From positions 1 to 32,502 of the forward strand of contig SCSY01000200.1 in assembly GCA_004298625.1 (NCBI GenBank): a stretch of DNA of 32,502 bases. Reading direction: 5' to 3'. The stretch comes from Nitrospirota bacterium. Its GTDB lineage: Bacteria; Nitrospirota; Thermodesulfovibrionia; Thermodesulfovibrionales; UBA1546. Made by a program: the position numbers and the translations under genes. The notes beneath the pieces are model-generated. The model ran no database searches, was not told where the DNA came from, and worked only from the letters and a program-made list of their open reading frames with translations. Numbering within the stretch: position 1 is the stretch's first letter; every line of letters starts with the position of its first letter. This document shows positions 14,410 to 23,566 of this stretch, one piece after another.

Positions 14410-16299
14410 ATGCTTAAAGAACGGGATTATGACGTAATTGTTATCGGCGCGGGGCATGCGGGGTGCGAGGCTGCGCTTGCTGCATCGCGCATGGGATTTT
14501 CGACCTGCCTCTTCACTATGAACCTCGACACAATCGGCCAGATGTCGTGCAACCCTGCAATCGGAGGTCTTGCAAAAGGACATATTGTGCGGGAGATAGA
14601 TGCCTTAGGCGGAGAGATGGCAAAGATAACCGATAAGGCCGGGATTCAATTCAGGATATTAAACAAATCAAAGGGCCCTGCGGTATGGTCATTGAGGGCG
14701 CAGGCGGACAGGGTTTTATACAAACTTGAGATACGAAAGGTTCTTGAGTCTCAAAATAATCTCGACATAAAACAGGCATCCGTTGAAAAGATTGTCGCAG
14801 AGGATGGAAAAACAGAAGGCGTTCTTACGTCATTGGGAATATTCTATGGCGCAGCCGCAGTAATAGTAACAACAGGGACATTTCTTAAAGGATTGATCCA
14901 TATCGGCCTTGAGAATTTTCAGGCCGGAAGGGCAGGGGAATTTCCTTCTGTCGGGCTTTCGAATTCATTAAGAGAACTGGGCTTTGAAATGGGAAGGCTT
15001 AAGACAGGCACTCCTCCGAGGCTTGACGCAAAGACAATTGATTTTTCAAAGACAGAGCCGCAGTATGGAGACGAACCTCCGCTGGCTTTTTCTTACAGCA
15101 CAGAGAAGATTACGAATCCCCAGCTTCCGTGCTACATAACATATACAAACCCGGAAACCCATAAGATAATCCTTGGAAGTCTTGACCGCTCGCCTTTGTA
15201 CAGCGGGAAGATTCAGGGAATAGGGCCGAGGTACTGCCCCTCGATAGAAGATAAGGTCGTAAGGTTCTCTGATAAATTACGGCATCAGGTCTTCCTTGAA
15301 CCTGAAGGCATCGAGACAAAGGAATATTATGCGAACGGAATATCCACGAGCCTTCCCTATGATGTGCAGGTGAAACTCGTGCGCACAATACCGGGACTTG
15401 AGAACACAGAGATAATGAGGCCGGGCTATGCCATAGAATATGACTTTGTATTCCCGACCCAGATAAAGCACAACCTTGAAACAAAGCGCATCAGCGGGCT
15501 TTTCCTCGCGGGACAGATTAACGGCACATCAGGATACGAAGAGGCAGCGGCGCAGGGCTTGATGGCAGGGATAAATGCCGGATTAAAGCTCCGGGGTAAA
15601 GAGCCATTAATCCTCGGAAGGCAGGAGGCATATATCGGCGTGCTTATTGACGACCTCATAACAAAAGGCACTTCCGAGCCTTACAGGATGTTTACATCAA
15701 GGGCGGAATACAGGCTGCTTTTGCGGCATGACAATGCTGATTTGAGATTGATGGAAAAAGGGTTCAACGCCGGTCTCATTAAGACCGGACAATTCAAAAA
15801 GGTAGAGGAGAAAAAAAGGCTCGTATCAGCAGAAATAGATAGGCTCAAAAAAACAAGGCTGAAACCATCGCAGATTAACGCTGCCCTCGCGGAAATAGGC
15901 GCAGCCGCAATAACAGAGGATATAATCCTGGAGCAGTTGCTTAAAAGGCCTGAGATAACGTATGAGTTTATCAAGCGGTTTTCTCCGTCGGAAAAATCTT
16001 TAAATAGCGATGTAGAAAAACAGGTAGAGATACAAACAAAATATGACGGTTATATAACAAGGCAGCTTGAGACAGCGGAAAAACTAAAAAAGGGCGAAGG
16101 GAAAAAAATCCCGGAAGGATTCGATTACGGATTAGTCAACGGGCTCTCAACAGAGATACTCGAAAAACTGAAAAGAGTGATGCCTGAAAATCTTGGACAG
16201 GCAGGCAGAATTCCGGGCATTACGCCGGCAGCGCTGTCGCTTTTACTGATAAACATAGAGAAGAAAAAAAGACAGGGCAAAAAAGAAAAACAAACCTGA
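14410..16299 (+). CDS. mnmG: tRNA uridine 5-carboxymethylaminomethyl modification enzyme MnmG (GidA)
   Basis: 629 aa. YDVIVIGAGHAGCEAALAASRMG is the FAD motif, and the sequence is GidA-like throughout (GPRYCPSIEDKVVRF, GQINGTSGYEEAAAQG). Confidence 0.97.
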   Translation: MLKERDYDVIVIGAGHAGCEAALAASRMGFSTCLFTMNLDTIGQMSCNPAIGGLAKGHIVREIDALGGEMAKITDKAGIQFRILNKSKGPAVWSLRAQADRVLYKLEIRKVLESQNNLDIKQASVEKIVAEDGKTEGVLTSLGIFYGAAAVIVTTGTFLKGLIHIGLENFQAGRAGEFPSVGLSNSLRELGFEMGRLKTGTPPRLDAKTIDFSKTEPQYGDEPPLAFSYSTEKITNPQLPCYITYTNPETHKIILGSLDRSPLYSGKIQGIGPRYCPSIEDKVVRFSDKLRHQVFLEPEGIETKEYYANGISTSLPYDVQVKLVRTIPGLENTEIMRPGYAIEYDFVFPTQIKHNLETKRISGLFLAGQINGTSGYEEAAAQGLMAGINAGLKLRGKEPLILGRQEAYIGVLIDDLITKGTSEPYRMFTSRAEYRLLLRHDNADLRLMEKGFNAGLIKTGQFKKVEEKKRLVSAEIDRLKKTRLKPSQINAALAEIGAAAITEDIILEQLLKRPEITYEFIKRFSPSEKSLNSDVEKQVEIQTKYDGYITRQLETAEKLKKGEGKKIPEGFDYGLVNGLSTEILEKLKRVMPENLGQAGRIPGITPAALSLLLINIEKKKRQGKKEKQT

Positions 16300-16308
16300 A
16301 GAAGGCCG

Positions 16309-17694
16309 CTACTTTATCTTATACTCTTTTATCTTAGACCTAAGCGTATTTCTGTTAATCCCAAGAGTTTTTGCGGTCTTCAATTGATTGCCCTTTGTCT
16401 CCTTAAGGACAATGCTTATCAGAGCCTTTTCCACCTCCGACATTACGGCAGCGTGAAGGTTGGCGGTTTCAAGTTTTGTCATATCTTTGAGATATTTCCT
16501 TAATTTGTCTTCGAGAAATTCTTTTATGGAGTATGTGTTCCCCTCTTCAACATGGAGGTCGCGCTTTTCTATCGAGACTCCATCAGAAAGGATGCACGCG
16601 CTCTTTATTGCATTTTCAAGTTCCCTTACATTGCCCGGCCAGTCATACTTTGTTATGAAATCTTTTGCCTCCTTTGTAAGCTCTTTTTGCCCGGTCTCGA
16701 ATTTTTCCCGGGCTTCTTTGAGAAAATGTTTTGCGAGCGGCAGGATATCTTCCCTGCGGTCTCTCAGAGGGGGCATCTTTATCTGCACAACATTGAACCT
16801 GTAATAAAGGTCTTCCCTGAATGTGCCCTTCGCAACTGCCTCTTTAAGGTTTTTATTTGTTGCGCCTATTATTCTTGCATTTGCCTTTGCCGCTTTATTG
16901 GTTCCGAGGGGCGTGAATTCATTATCCTGCATAAATCTTAGAAGTTTTGCCTGAAGGTTAAGGGCAAGTTCTGAAATCTCATCGAGGAATAAGGTGCCTC
17001 CATTTGCCGATTCTATTTTGCCTATGCGTTTTTCCTTTGCGCCTGTGAATGCGCCTTTTTCCCAGCCGAAAAGCTCTGCCTCAAGAAGGTCTTTGGGGAT
17101 GGATGCGCAGTTAATCGCAACAAAAGGCCCTGAACTCCGCTTGCCGTTAAAGTGAATCGCCTTTGCAACGAGCTCCTTGCCTGTCCCGCTTTCGCCTGTT
17201 ATTAGAACCGTGACATCCTTTGAAGCAACTCTGCCTGTTTCCTTGAAAACCTTCAGCATCTTTTCGCTTCTGCCGACTATCTGAGGAGCTTCCCCCTCTG
17301 CCTCCTTAAACTTTCTCAGTTCCTCTTTCAGCGCCATATCCTTGAATGCCTTTTCAACAACGATCTTGAGCTCTTCGATGTCGAAAGGTTTTTCGATGTA
17401 GTCATAAGCGCCTTCCTTCATGGCGTCTATTGTGCTTTCCATCTTGCCGTGCGCTGTTATCATTATGACTGTTGCTTCGGGATCCGATGATTTAATTTCC
17501 CGCAGACCGTCAAGACCGTTGCCGTCGGGCAGGATAAAGTCGAGAAGTATAACCTGTGAGCTGTCCTTTACAGCCTTCAAGCCCGAGGACATTTTGGTGT
17601 GCGAAACAACCTTATACCCGACCGGCTCAAGGGCTTTCTGAACAACCCATGCTATGCTTTCATCGTCATCAATTATTAAAACTTCTTTATTCAT
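16309..17694 (-). CDS. Sigma54-dependent response regulator, NtrC family
   Basis: 461 aa. REC domain ([10 protein letters not shown]...[11 protein letters not shown]). Walker [15 protein letters not shown] (EKGAFTGAK). C-terminal HTH ([23 protein letters not shown]). Confidence 0.92.
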   Translation of the reverse strand: MNKEVLIIDDDESIAWVVQKALEPVGYKVVSHTKMSSGLKAVKDSSQVILLDFILPDGNGLDGLREIKSSDPEATVIMITAHGKMESTIDAMKEGAYDYIEKPFDIEELKIVVEKAFKDMALKEELRKFKEAEGEAPQIVGRSEKMLKVFKETGRVASKDVTVLITGESGTGKELVAKAIHFNGKRSSGPFVAINCASIPKDLLEAELFGWEKGAFTGAKEKRIGKIESANGGTLFLDEISELALNLQAKLLRFMQDNEFTPLGTNKAAKANARIIGATNKNLKEAVAKGTFREDLYYRFNVVQIKMPPLRDRREDILPLAKHFLKEAREKFETGQKELTKEAKDFITKYDWPGNVRELENAIKSACILSDGVSIEKRDLHVEEGNTYSIKEFLEDKLRKYLKDMTKLETANLHAAVMSEVEKALISIVLKETKGNQLKTAKTLGINRNTLRSKIKEYKIK

Positions 17695-17755
17695 AGTTTG
17701 CTATCTTTCAGGCAATGCATTATGTTTTCGCTGTCCAAACAACATCACCTATATA

Positions 17756-18790
17756 TCATTTCCCCGCAAATGGTATATAGATATTAAAAGTTGTTCCTTT
17801 GTTAATCTGGCTTTCGACCTTGATGAAGCCCTTATGGTCAAGAAGAATCTTTTTTGATAATGCAAGCCCTATACCAGTCCCGTGTTTTTTCCTTGTATAA
17901 AAAGGCAAAAATATTTTTGGGATGTCTTCAGAGGGAATTCCCTCGCCTGTGTCCTTGATGGATACAACGGCCCAGCGTTTTAGTTTACCCTTTTGTTTAA
18001 CATATTCTCTGGAAACCCTTGTCAACACTGTAAGAGTGCCGTCTTTTTCTAATGCCTCTGTCGCATTTTTTGTTATATTCAGAAAGACCTGAAGAAGCTT
18101 TCCTTCGTCCCCGATAACCCTTGGAAGGCTCGGATCATACATCTTATGTAAAATAATGCCCTTGTTTTTCATTGGCAGGTTAAGGATAGACAGCGCTTTT
18201 TCTATGACTTCGTGGATATTAACTGAATGAAATGACGGTCTTTTGCTTATAGTTAAATAATTCTGAAGTATGGAATTCAGCCTGTCGGTCTCCTTGATTA
18301 TCAGGTTTGTGTATTCGTCAATTTCCGCAGATTGTGTCTTATCACGCAGAAGTTGCGCTGCTCCTTTTATGCCGCCGAGGGGGTTTTTAATCTCATGAGC
18401 AATGGTTCCGAGAAGACATATCAGGGAGTCAAATTGATAATCTTCTCTTTCTACGATGGCGATATTTCCCCTGAGTGAAAGCACGGCTCCTTTTGTTTCC
18501 CCCTGCACAAAAAAAGGCGATAGATTAAAGTCAACATTTACTGTCCTGCCGATGTTTATGTCAACACGCCTGCCGCTGAAAGGCCGCTCTTCGGCTATGG
18601 TTTTTTTTATGAGCCCTGATATTGTTTTTTCTTCAGGGAACAGTTCCCTGAATTTTTTCCCTGTTATCTCCTTAAGGCTCCTGGCAAGAAACTCTTCGCC
18701 TGTCCTGTTTACAAACCGCACCACGCCCTTTTTGTCAAAAACGACAATGGCATCTTCGAGGCTGTTTATCAATGCTTCAAGCGAGAACAT
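17756..18790 (-). CDS. PAS-domain histidine kinase, NtrB-like
   Basis: 344 aa. N-terminal PAS domain. H-box HEIKNPLGGIKGAAQLL (NtrB-like). N-box FLNITKNATEA. G-boxes IKDTGEGI and GTGIGLALSKKI. The ATG at 18790 has no SD and directly abuts repeat copy B. Confidence 0.87.
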   Translation of the reverse strand: MFSLEALINSLEDAIVVFDKKGVVRFVNRTGEEFLARSLKEITGKKFRELFPEEKTISGLIKKTIAEERPFSGRRVDINIGRTVNVDFNLSPFFVQGETKGAVLSLRGNIAIVEREDYQFDSLICLLGTIAHEIKNPLGGIKGAAQLLRDKTQSAEIDEYTNLIIKETDRLNSILQNYLTISKRPSFHSVNIHEVIEKALSILNLPMKNKGIILHKMYDPSLPRVIGDEGKLLQVFLNITKNATEALEKDGTLTVLTRVSREYVKQKGKLKRWAVVSIKDTGEGIPSEDIPKIFLPFYTRKKHGTGIGLALSKKILLDHKGFIKVESQINKGTTFNIYIPFAGK

Positions 18791-18884
18791 ATTCAGTGTT
18801 AGTGCTTAGTGTCTGCCCTGTGTCGGTGTTTTGTGTCAGTGTCAGTATTTTTTTGCTGTCACTATTCACTGACACTGTCACTTT
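18791..18884 (-). repeat. CAGTG/CACTG-unit intercistronic repeat, copy B (between fdhD and the NtrB-like kinase)
   Basis: Sense (minus) reading: AAGTGACAGTGTCAGTGAATAGTGACAG-CAAAAAAAT-ACTGACACTGACACAAAACACCGACACAGGGCAGACACTAAGCACTAACACTGAAT. It shares AGTGACAGTG...AGTGACAG and GACACTAAGCACTrACACTGAAT with copy A, and it has extra units. Confidence 0.75.
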
Positions 18885-19651
18885 ATCCTCTGCGGATGCG
18901 TATAAACATTCAGCCTGTCTCCCCTTACAAATCCCACTAAAGTAATCCCCCTTGCCTCAGCAATCTCCACTGCAAGATTCGTAGGAGATGTTCTGCTCAC
19001 AAGCATGGGAATACCCCACTTAGAACATTTAAATGCAATCTCAGATGACAACCGTCCGCTCGCAAGCATTATCTTTCCTTCAAATTTTATCCCTTCAAGC
19101 AGTGAATATCCAATAACCTTATCAACGGCATTATGCCTTCCTATATCCTCTGCAAACACACTGATATTCGCGCCGTCTGATAAGGCGGCGCTGTGGACGC
19201 ATCCTGTGAGACGATAAAGCTCCGAGCGGTTTTGGAATTCCTTGAAAATGTCAAAAAGGGTTTTCGGCGCTATTGAAAGGTTATCTGCAATCTTTTCGGT
19301 TTCCGGTTTTTTTGCAAAGGTTATGCCTCCCACACAGCCCGAAGTCATAACCCTCCCTTCTTTCGGCGTCGAAACACCGGCATCCTCGATATTCACAAGT
19401 ATATCGTCCTTATATTCAATGCTCATCCTGTCGGAGCACCATTCTCCTTTAACAACGCCCTCTGTCATGAGCAGGCCGACAACAAGCTCCCTTATCATTA
19501 ACGGAGTGCAATAAAGGCTGATAAGCTCCTCTTTGTTAACAAAGATTCTCAGCCTTTGCTCTACGGCAATAGTATCTTCCACCTGTTTGACAGACTCGCC
19601 GGTGATCCTCGATATTATTTTTTTTGCGGTTGGATTCATTTTTTTGTTCAC
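18878..19651 (-). CDS. fdhD: Formate dehydrogenase accessory sulfurtransferase FdhD
   Basis: 257 aa. FdhD-like throughout (LRIFVNKEEL..., YCTPLMIRELVVGLLMTEG, GCVHSAAL, EDIGRHNAVDKVIGY, SGRLSSEIAFKCSKWGIPMLVSRTSPT). Confidence 0.85.
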   Translation of the reverse strand: MNKKMNPTAKKIISRITGESVKQVEDTIAVEQRLRIFVNKEELISLYCTPLMIRELVVGLLMTEGVVKGEWCSDRMSIEYKDDILVNIEDAGVSTPKEGRVMTSGCVGGITFAKKPETEKIADNLSIAPKTLFDIFKEFQNRSELYRLTGCVHSAALSDGANISVFAEDIGRHNAVDKVIGYSLLEGIKFEGKIMLASGRLSSEIAFKCSKWGIPMLVSRTSPTNLAVEIAEARGITLVGFVRGDRLNVYTHPQRIK

Positions 19652-19716
19652 AAAAATTATAATTGTCTGTAAATTATATCACCAATTAATGCTAAAATAT
19701 CGGCTAAGGCTAAAAT

Positions 19717-20748
19717 ATGACATACAGTGACGCTATAAAAAACGGTTTCAGGCTTGTGCATAAAAACTGGCAGCTTGTGCTGGTTCAGCTTGCCATGATG
19801 GTCATAAGTTGTATCGGCTTTTTTGTGTTTATAGGCATCCCTCTGGCTGTTGCCTTTGTGATGTTCGGGCTGGATCTGACTGAGCTGACCCGTCTCAAAG
19901 ATCTCATCGGAACCATGAGAGAGCCTTCCGAGATCATATCCAGATATATGGGGTTACTTATCGTGTTTTTAATCAGTTTTTTAATTTATCTGCTTTTTAT
20001 TGCGTCAATAGGCATATACGTCTTCGGCGGCTCAGCAGGCCTGATCGGCAGGATGGTCAGGGATAACACCGCCGGGTTCAATATGAATATATTCTTTTCA
20101 GAGGGCAAACGACTTTTTTTTCCATTGGTCGGGTTTACTACAATTATCGGCTTGATATTTATAGGCGTTGCCTTTGTCCTCGGCTTATTCGGAGGCGGGA
20201 TAGCAGCTATTATATCCATTGCAAAAGAGCATGAAGCAACGCTGGCTCTTTTTCTCGGAATATTTTTTTCGCTGTTGTTGTTCTGCGTCGGGCTGGTTCT
20301 TATTGTCTGCGCGCTTGCCCTTACTTTATACGGCGTGGCATCCATTGTCTTTAAAGGCTCCGGGCCGTTGAAGGCAACAAAAGAGACTATAAAATATCTC
20401 TATCATCACCTTGATGCATTATGGCTTTACTGCATTGCATTTGCCGGCTATATCCTTGCAAGTTTCCTGCTTATCCTTCTTGGAACCCCGTTCAGCCTGA
20501 TTCCGATAGCAGGCCCGATACTGGCCCTCCCTTACCAGCTTTTCTCTTACACAGTCCAGAGCTACCTGGGGCTTGTCATCATCTGCACAATATTCATCTA
20601 TTATTTCTCCACAGAGATCAGGGCCGAACAGGCGACTGAACTGCAAGTAGAGCCTGTCGCCGAATGGGTTACCCAAATGCCTGATACTTCTCAGCCTCAA
20701 GTTTCTGAGCCAACGCCTCCTCAACCTGAGAAGGAAGGGCCGGAATAA
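19717..20748 (+). CDS. Polytopic membrane protein of unknown function with a P/E/Q-rich C-terminal tail
   Basis: 343 aa with about 6-7 hydrophobic helices and no motif I recognise. The last ~26 codons overlap the convergent ligase-family gene. Confidence 0.55.
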   Translation: MTYSDAIKNGFRLVHKNWQLVLVQLAMMVISCIGFFVFIGIPLAVAFVMFGLDLTELTRLKDLIGTMREPSEIISRYMGLLIVFLISFLIYLLFIASIGIYVFGGSAGLIGRMVRDNTAGFNMNIFFSEGKRLFFPLVGFTTIIGLIFIGVAFVLGLFGGGIAAIISIAKEHEATLALFLGIFFSLLLFCVGLVLIVCALALTLYGVASIVFKGSGPLKATKETIKYLYHHLDALWLYCIAFAGYILASFLLILLGTPFSLIPIAGPILALPYQLFSYTVQSYLGLVIICTIFIYYFSTEIRAEQATELQVEPVAEWVTQMPDTSQPQVSEPTPPQPEKEGPE

Positions 20749-21457
20749 ATTTTATATCAAATAGTTCTTCAAAAGAAAGTTTTATAATCCCCCTGAATTC
20801 TTCATCGCTTAAATCAGGAATAATATCCTTCAGCCCTGTCATGTCCTGTTTTATTTTTTGAGAAGACTTAAGACCGAACGCATTTATTATTGCCGCTTCA
20901 TCAATGATATACGGGATTGACCCCTGCTGCAAAAGGCTGTCCGGCCAGCGCTTCTGGGCCGAGCCGATAACCTTTTTTTTGTCTATCAGTATTTCTCCGA
21001 ACGAGCTCGATTGAAAACACAAAGGACTTCTCGCAAGAACCCTGCCCTTTTCCCTGTGTTTTTTAGCCTCGGCCTGTATCCCGAGCTTCTTAAGAGCGAG
21101 GTTAAAAGCAGCGCTTATTTTTTCATAACTGTCAAGCAGGCCCTTAGAAAAGGGTTCGTAGTCTGTCCGGACAGAAAAACTGTAGGTCAGTTCATCGCCG
21201 TGCAGTATCGCCCTGCCGCCGGTAGGCCTTTTTACTATCTGTATCCGGTTGGCCCTGCAATATCCGATATTAATATCAGATGACTTTTGAAAACGTCCAA
21301 GGCTTAAAGACGGCCTGTCCCACGAGTATAATCTCAGAGTAGGCGGCGAAGCGCCCTTTCTGACAGAGACTGCAAGCGCCTCATCGAGAGCCATATTGTA
21401 GGATGCGCTGCATGGGGTGGAATTGATAATTCGCCACGTTTTATGGTAATTTAGCAT
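20669..21457 (-). CDS. Biotin/lipoate A/B protein ligase family protein (LplA/LipM-like octanoyl or lipoyl transferase)
   Basis: 262 aa with the motifs LRLYSWDRPSLSLGRFQ, RPTGGRAILHGDELTYS and KKVIGSAQKR (catalytic Lys context). Confidence 0.8.
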   Translation of the reverse strand: MLNYHKTWRIINSTPCSASYNMALDEALAVSVRKGASPPTLRLYSWDRPSLSLGRFQKSSDINIGYCRANRIQIVKRPTGGRAILHGDELTYSFSVRTDYEPFSKGLLDSYEKISAAFNLALKKLGIQAEAKKHREKGRVLARSPLCFQSSSFGEILIDKKKVIGSAQKRWPDSLLQQGSIPYIIDEAAIINAFGLKSSQKIKQDMTGLKDIIPDLSDEEFRGIIKLSFEELFDIKFIPALPSQVEEALAQKLEAEKYQAFG

Positions 21458-21504
21458 GGTTTTTTTTGAACCTGATTTCAGGTATAATTATAACAGACAT
21501 CAAG

Positions 21505-21578
21505 AGGTTAAGATTGAGGTTAAGGTTGAGTAATAAAAACATCTATCTCAGCCTCAACCTTAGCCTTAACCTATTTTT
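21505..21578 (+). promoter_or_regulatory. 26-position hairpin built from GAGGTTAAG units plus T5, in the putative yjbQ-like leader
   Basis: 21505-21530 pairs with 21547-21572: 21 Watson-Crick pairs, 3 G-U pairs and 2 mismatches on plus RNA, with a 16-nt A-rich loop. TTTTT is at 21574-21578. A TATAAT lies at 21483-21488. GGAGG is at 21585-21589 and the GTG start at 21594. Confidence 0.45.
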
Positions 21579-21593
21579 ATAAATGGAGGCATC

Positions 21594-21995
21594 GTGGTCA
21601 GATATATAAATGTCAGAAGCAAACAGAGAAACGAATTCATTGATATAACCGAAAAAGTCAATGAGGTCATCAAAGAAGCAGGGGTAGTCAGCGGAATATG
21701 CTATATATATGTGCCTCACACAACAGCAGGCGTAACAATAAACGAAGGCGCAGACCCGTCTGTTCAGCGTGACATACAGAATGTTCTCAGCAGACTGATA
21801 CCTCATGAAATGAACTATTCCCATAGAGAAGGCAATGCGGATGCGCACATAAAATCGTCCATAGTAGGCGCCTCTCAGCTTGTCATCATTGATGAAGGAA
21901 GACTTGTGCTCGGCACCTGGCAGGCTGTCTATTTCTGCGAATTTGACGGCCCCCGCCACAGACGCGTAGCGCTCAAATTTATCGCGGATAAATAA
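21594..21995 (+). CDS. YjbQ/UPF0047 family protein (secondary thiamine-phosphate synthase-like)
   Basis: 133 aa. ITEKVNEVIKEAGVVSGICYIYVPHTTAGVTINEGADPSVQRD...NADAHIKSSIVGAS is the typical UPF0047 signature. GTG start with a GGAGG RBS. Confidence 0.85.
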   Translation: MVRYINVRSKQRNEFIDITEKVNEVIKEAGVVSGICYIYVPHTTAGVTINEGADPSVQRDIQNVLSRLIPHEMNYSHREGNADAHIKSSIVGASQLVIIDEGRLVLGTWQAVYFCEFDGPRHRRVALKFIADK

Positions 21996-22124
21996 ACTTT
22001 CCGTAGCTCAAACATCCTGTCTGAAAAATTAAATCCTTATCTGCGGTCAATGGGACAGGCGATAATTGTTTTTCAGCAGTGCAAATCCGTATAATATCTG
22101 GAACTTTACTAAGGAGATAAAAAG

Positions 22125-23183
22125 ATGAAATCATACAACATTGCAGTTATCCCCGGAGACGGGACAGGGCCTGAGGTCATTGCCGAGGGCATCAAGGTAT
22201 TAAAAACAGCAGAGGAAAAATTCGGGTTCAAGCTCAATCTGACATATTATGATTTTGGAGGGGACCGATATTTAAGGACAGGAGAGGTGCTTCCTGAAAA
22301 CGCCGTCTCAGAACTTCAGAAACATAATGCCGTTTATTTAGGGGCGATAGGACATCCTGATGTAAAGCCCGGGATACTTGAAAAGGGAATCCTTCTACGG
22401 CTTAGATTTGAGCTTGACCAATATATTAATTTACGCCCGGTGAAGCTCTATCCCGGTGTTGACTGCCCTCTGAAAGATAAAAAGCCCGAAGATATTGACT
22501 TTGTTGTTGTGAGGGAAAATACAGAGGGATTATATGCAGGCGCAGGAGGCACACTCAAAAAAGGCACTCCCGATGAGGTTGCTGTTCAGGAATCAATAAA
22601 TACGCGGAAGGGCGTTGAGAGATGCATTCGGTATGCATTCGAGTATTGCAGGAAGCGCAATAAGATGAAGAAACTTACTCTCTGCGGAAAAACCAATGTC
22701 CTCACATTTGCATTCGACCTCTGGGAGAGAACGTTCTATGAGGTTGCAAAGGAATATCCCGATATAAAGGCCGATTATGCGCATGTGGATGCTATAACCA
22801 TGTGGTTTGTGAAAAATCCCGAATGGTTTGATGTGATCGTCACCGACAATATGTTCGGTGATATCATCACTGACCTCGGGGCGATGATTCAGGGCGGGAT
22901 GGGGATTGCCGCAGGCGGGAACATAAATCCGCAGGGAGTCTCGATGTTCGAGCCTATCGGGGGCTCTGCCCCGAAGTATAAAGGCAAGAATGTTATTAAT
23001 CCATTGGCTGCCATATGCGCAGGCGGGATGATGCTTGAATATCTCGGCGAGGAAAAGGCAGGCCGCGCGATAGAAAATGCCGTAATGGAGATAACAGGGA
23101 AAAAACTCAAGAGCCTTGCGGCAGGCAAGATGGGATATTCAACGACCGAAGCTGGAGACCTCGTCGCAGGTCTGTTAAAATAA
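22125..23183 (+). CDS. Isocitrate/isopropylmalate dehydrogenase family oxidoreductase (3-isopropylmalate or tartrate/D-malate dehydrogenase type)
   Basis: 352 aa with the motifs [40 protein letters not shown] and [20 protein letters not shown]. Substrate cannot be assigned from the sequence alone. Confidence 0.85.
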   Translation: MKSYNIAVIPGDGTGPEVIAEGIKVLKTAEEKFGFKLNLTYYDFGGDRYLRTGEVLPENAVSELQKHNAVYLGAIGHPDVKPGILEKGILLRLRFELDQYINLRPVKLYPGVDCPLKDKKPEDIDFVVVRENTEGLYAGAGGTLKKGTPDEVAVQESINTRKGVERCIRYAFEYCRKRNKMKKLTLCGKTNVLTFAFDLWERTFYEVAKEYPDIKADYAHVDAITMWFVKNPEWFDVIVTDNMFGDIITDLGAMIQGGMGIAAGGNINPQGVSMFEPIGGSAPKYKGKNVINPLAAICAGGMMLEYLGEEKAGRAIENAVMEITGKKLKSLAAGKMGYSTTEAGDLVAGLLK

Positions 23184-23196
23184 AAAAGAGGTTGGT

Positions 23197-23559
23197 ATGA
23201 AAAGAGAGCAAGCTTTCAAGAGATGGGAACTATGCGAGGCCGACCTTGAGGACATAACCCCTGAGAAGGCCAGGGACCTTATCATAAAGTGCTTTTATGA
23301 GGCGCAAAAAGAGACCTTCATAAGGGCAAGGAAGCAGATAGGCGTCCGTTCCAGCGACGAAGACATACATGCCAGTGTAGCTGCGGGGGTAAGGCAGGCA
23401 TCTAAAGAAACCGGCGGAGATTTTGAGAAACCTACAAAGGAAGGTCTGGCAAAGGTATTGGAAGTTCTTGCAAAAAGATCGGCGTCCTGGGGAACCCCCC
23501 AGGACATCATAGAGCATCATAAAAAACAGATACGGATAATACTGGAGCGGCTCAAGTAA
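23197..23559 (+). CDS. Hypothetical helical protein (no family recognised)
   Basis: 120-aa ORF lying 13 nt downstream of the dehydrogenase, with a GAGG-type RBS. Charged and helical, with no motif I recognise. Confidence 0.45.
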   Translation: MKREQAFKRWELCEADLEDITPEKARDLIIKCFYEAQKETFIRARKQIGVRSSDEDIHASVAAGVRQASKETGGDFEKPTKEGLAKVLEVLAKRSASWGTPQDIIEHHKKQIRIILERLK

Positions 23560-23566
23560 TTCTTTA

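Noticed and set aside
19691-19718. 10-nt direct repeat GCTAAAATAT x2 (19691-19700 and 19709-19718), the second copy overlapping the ATG of the membrane protein
   Set aside because: It is short and AT-rich, and each copy contains a -10-like TAAAAT. It is most simply promoter and leader sequence. It is too little to call a regulatory repeat without comparative data.
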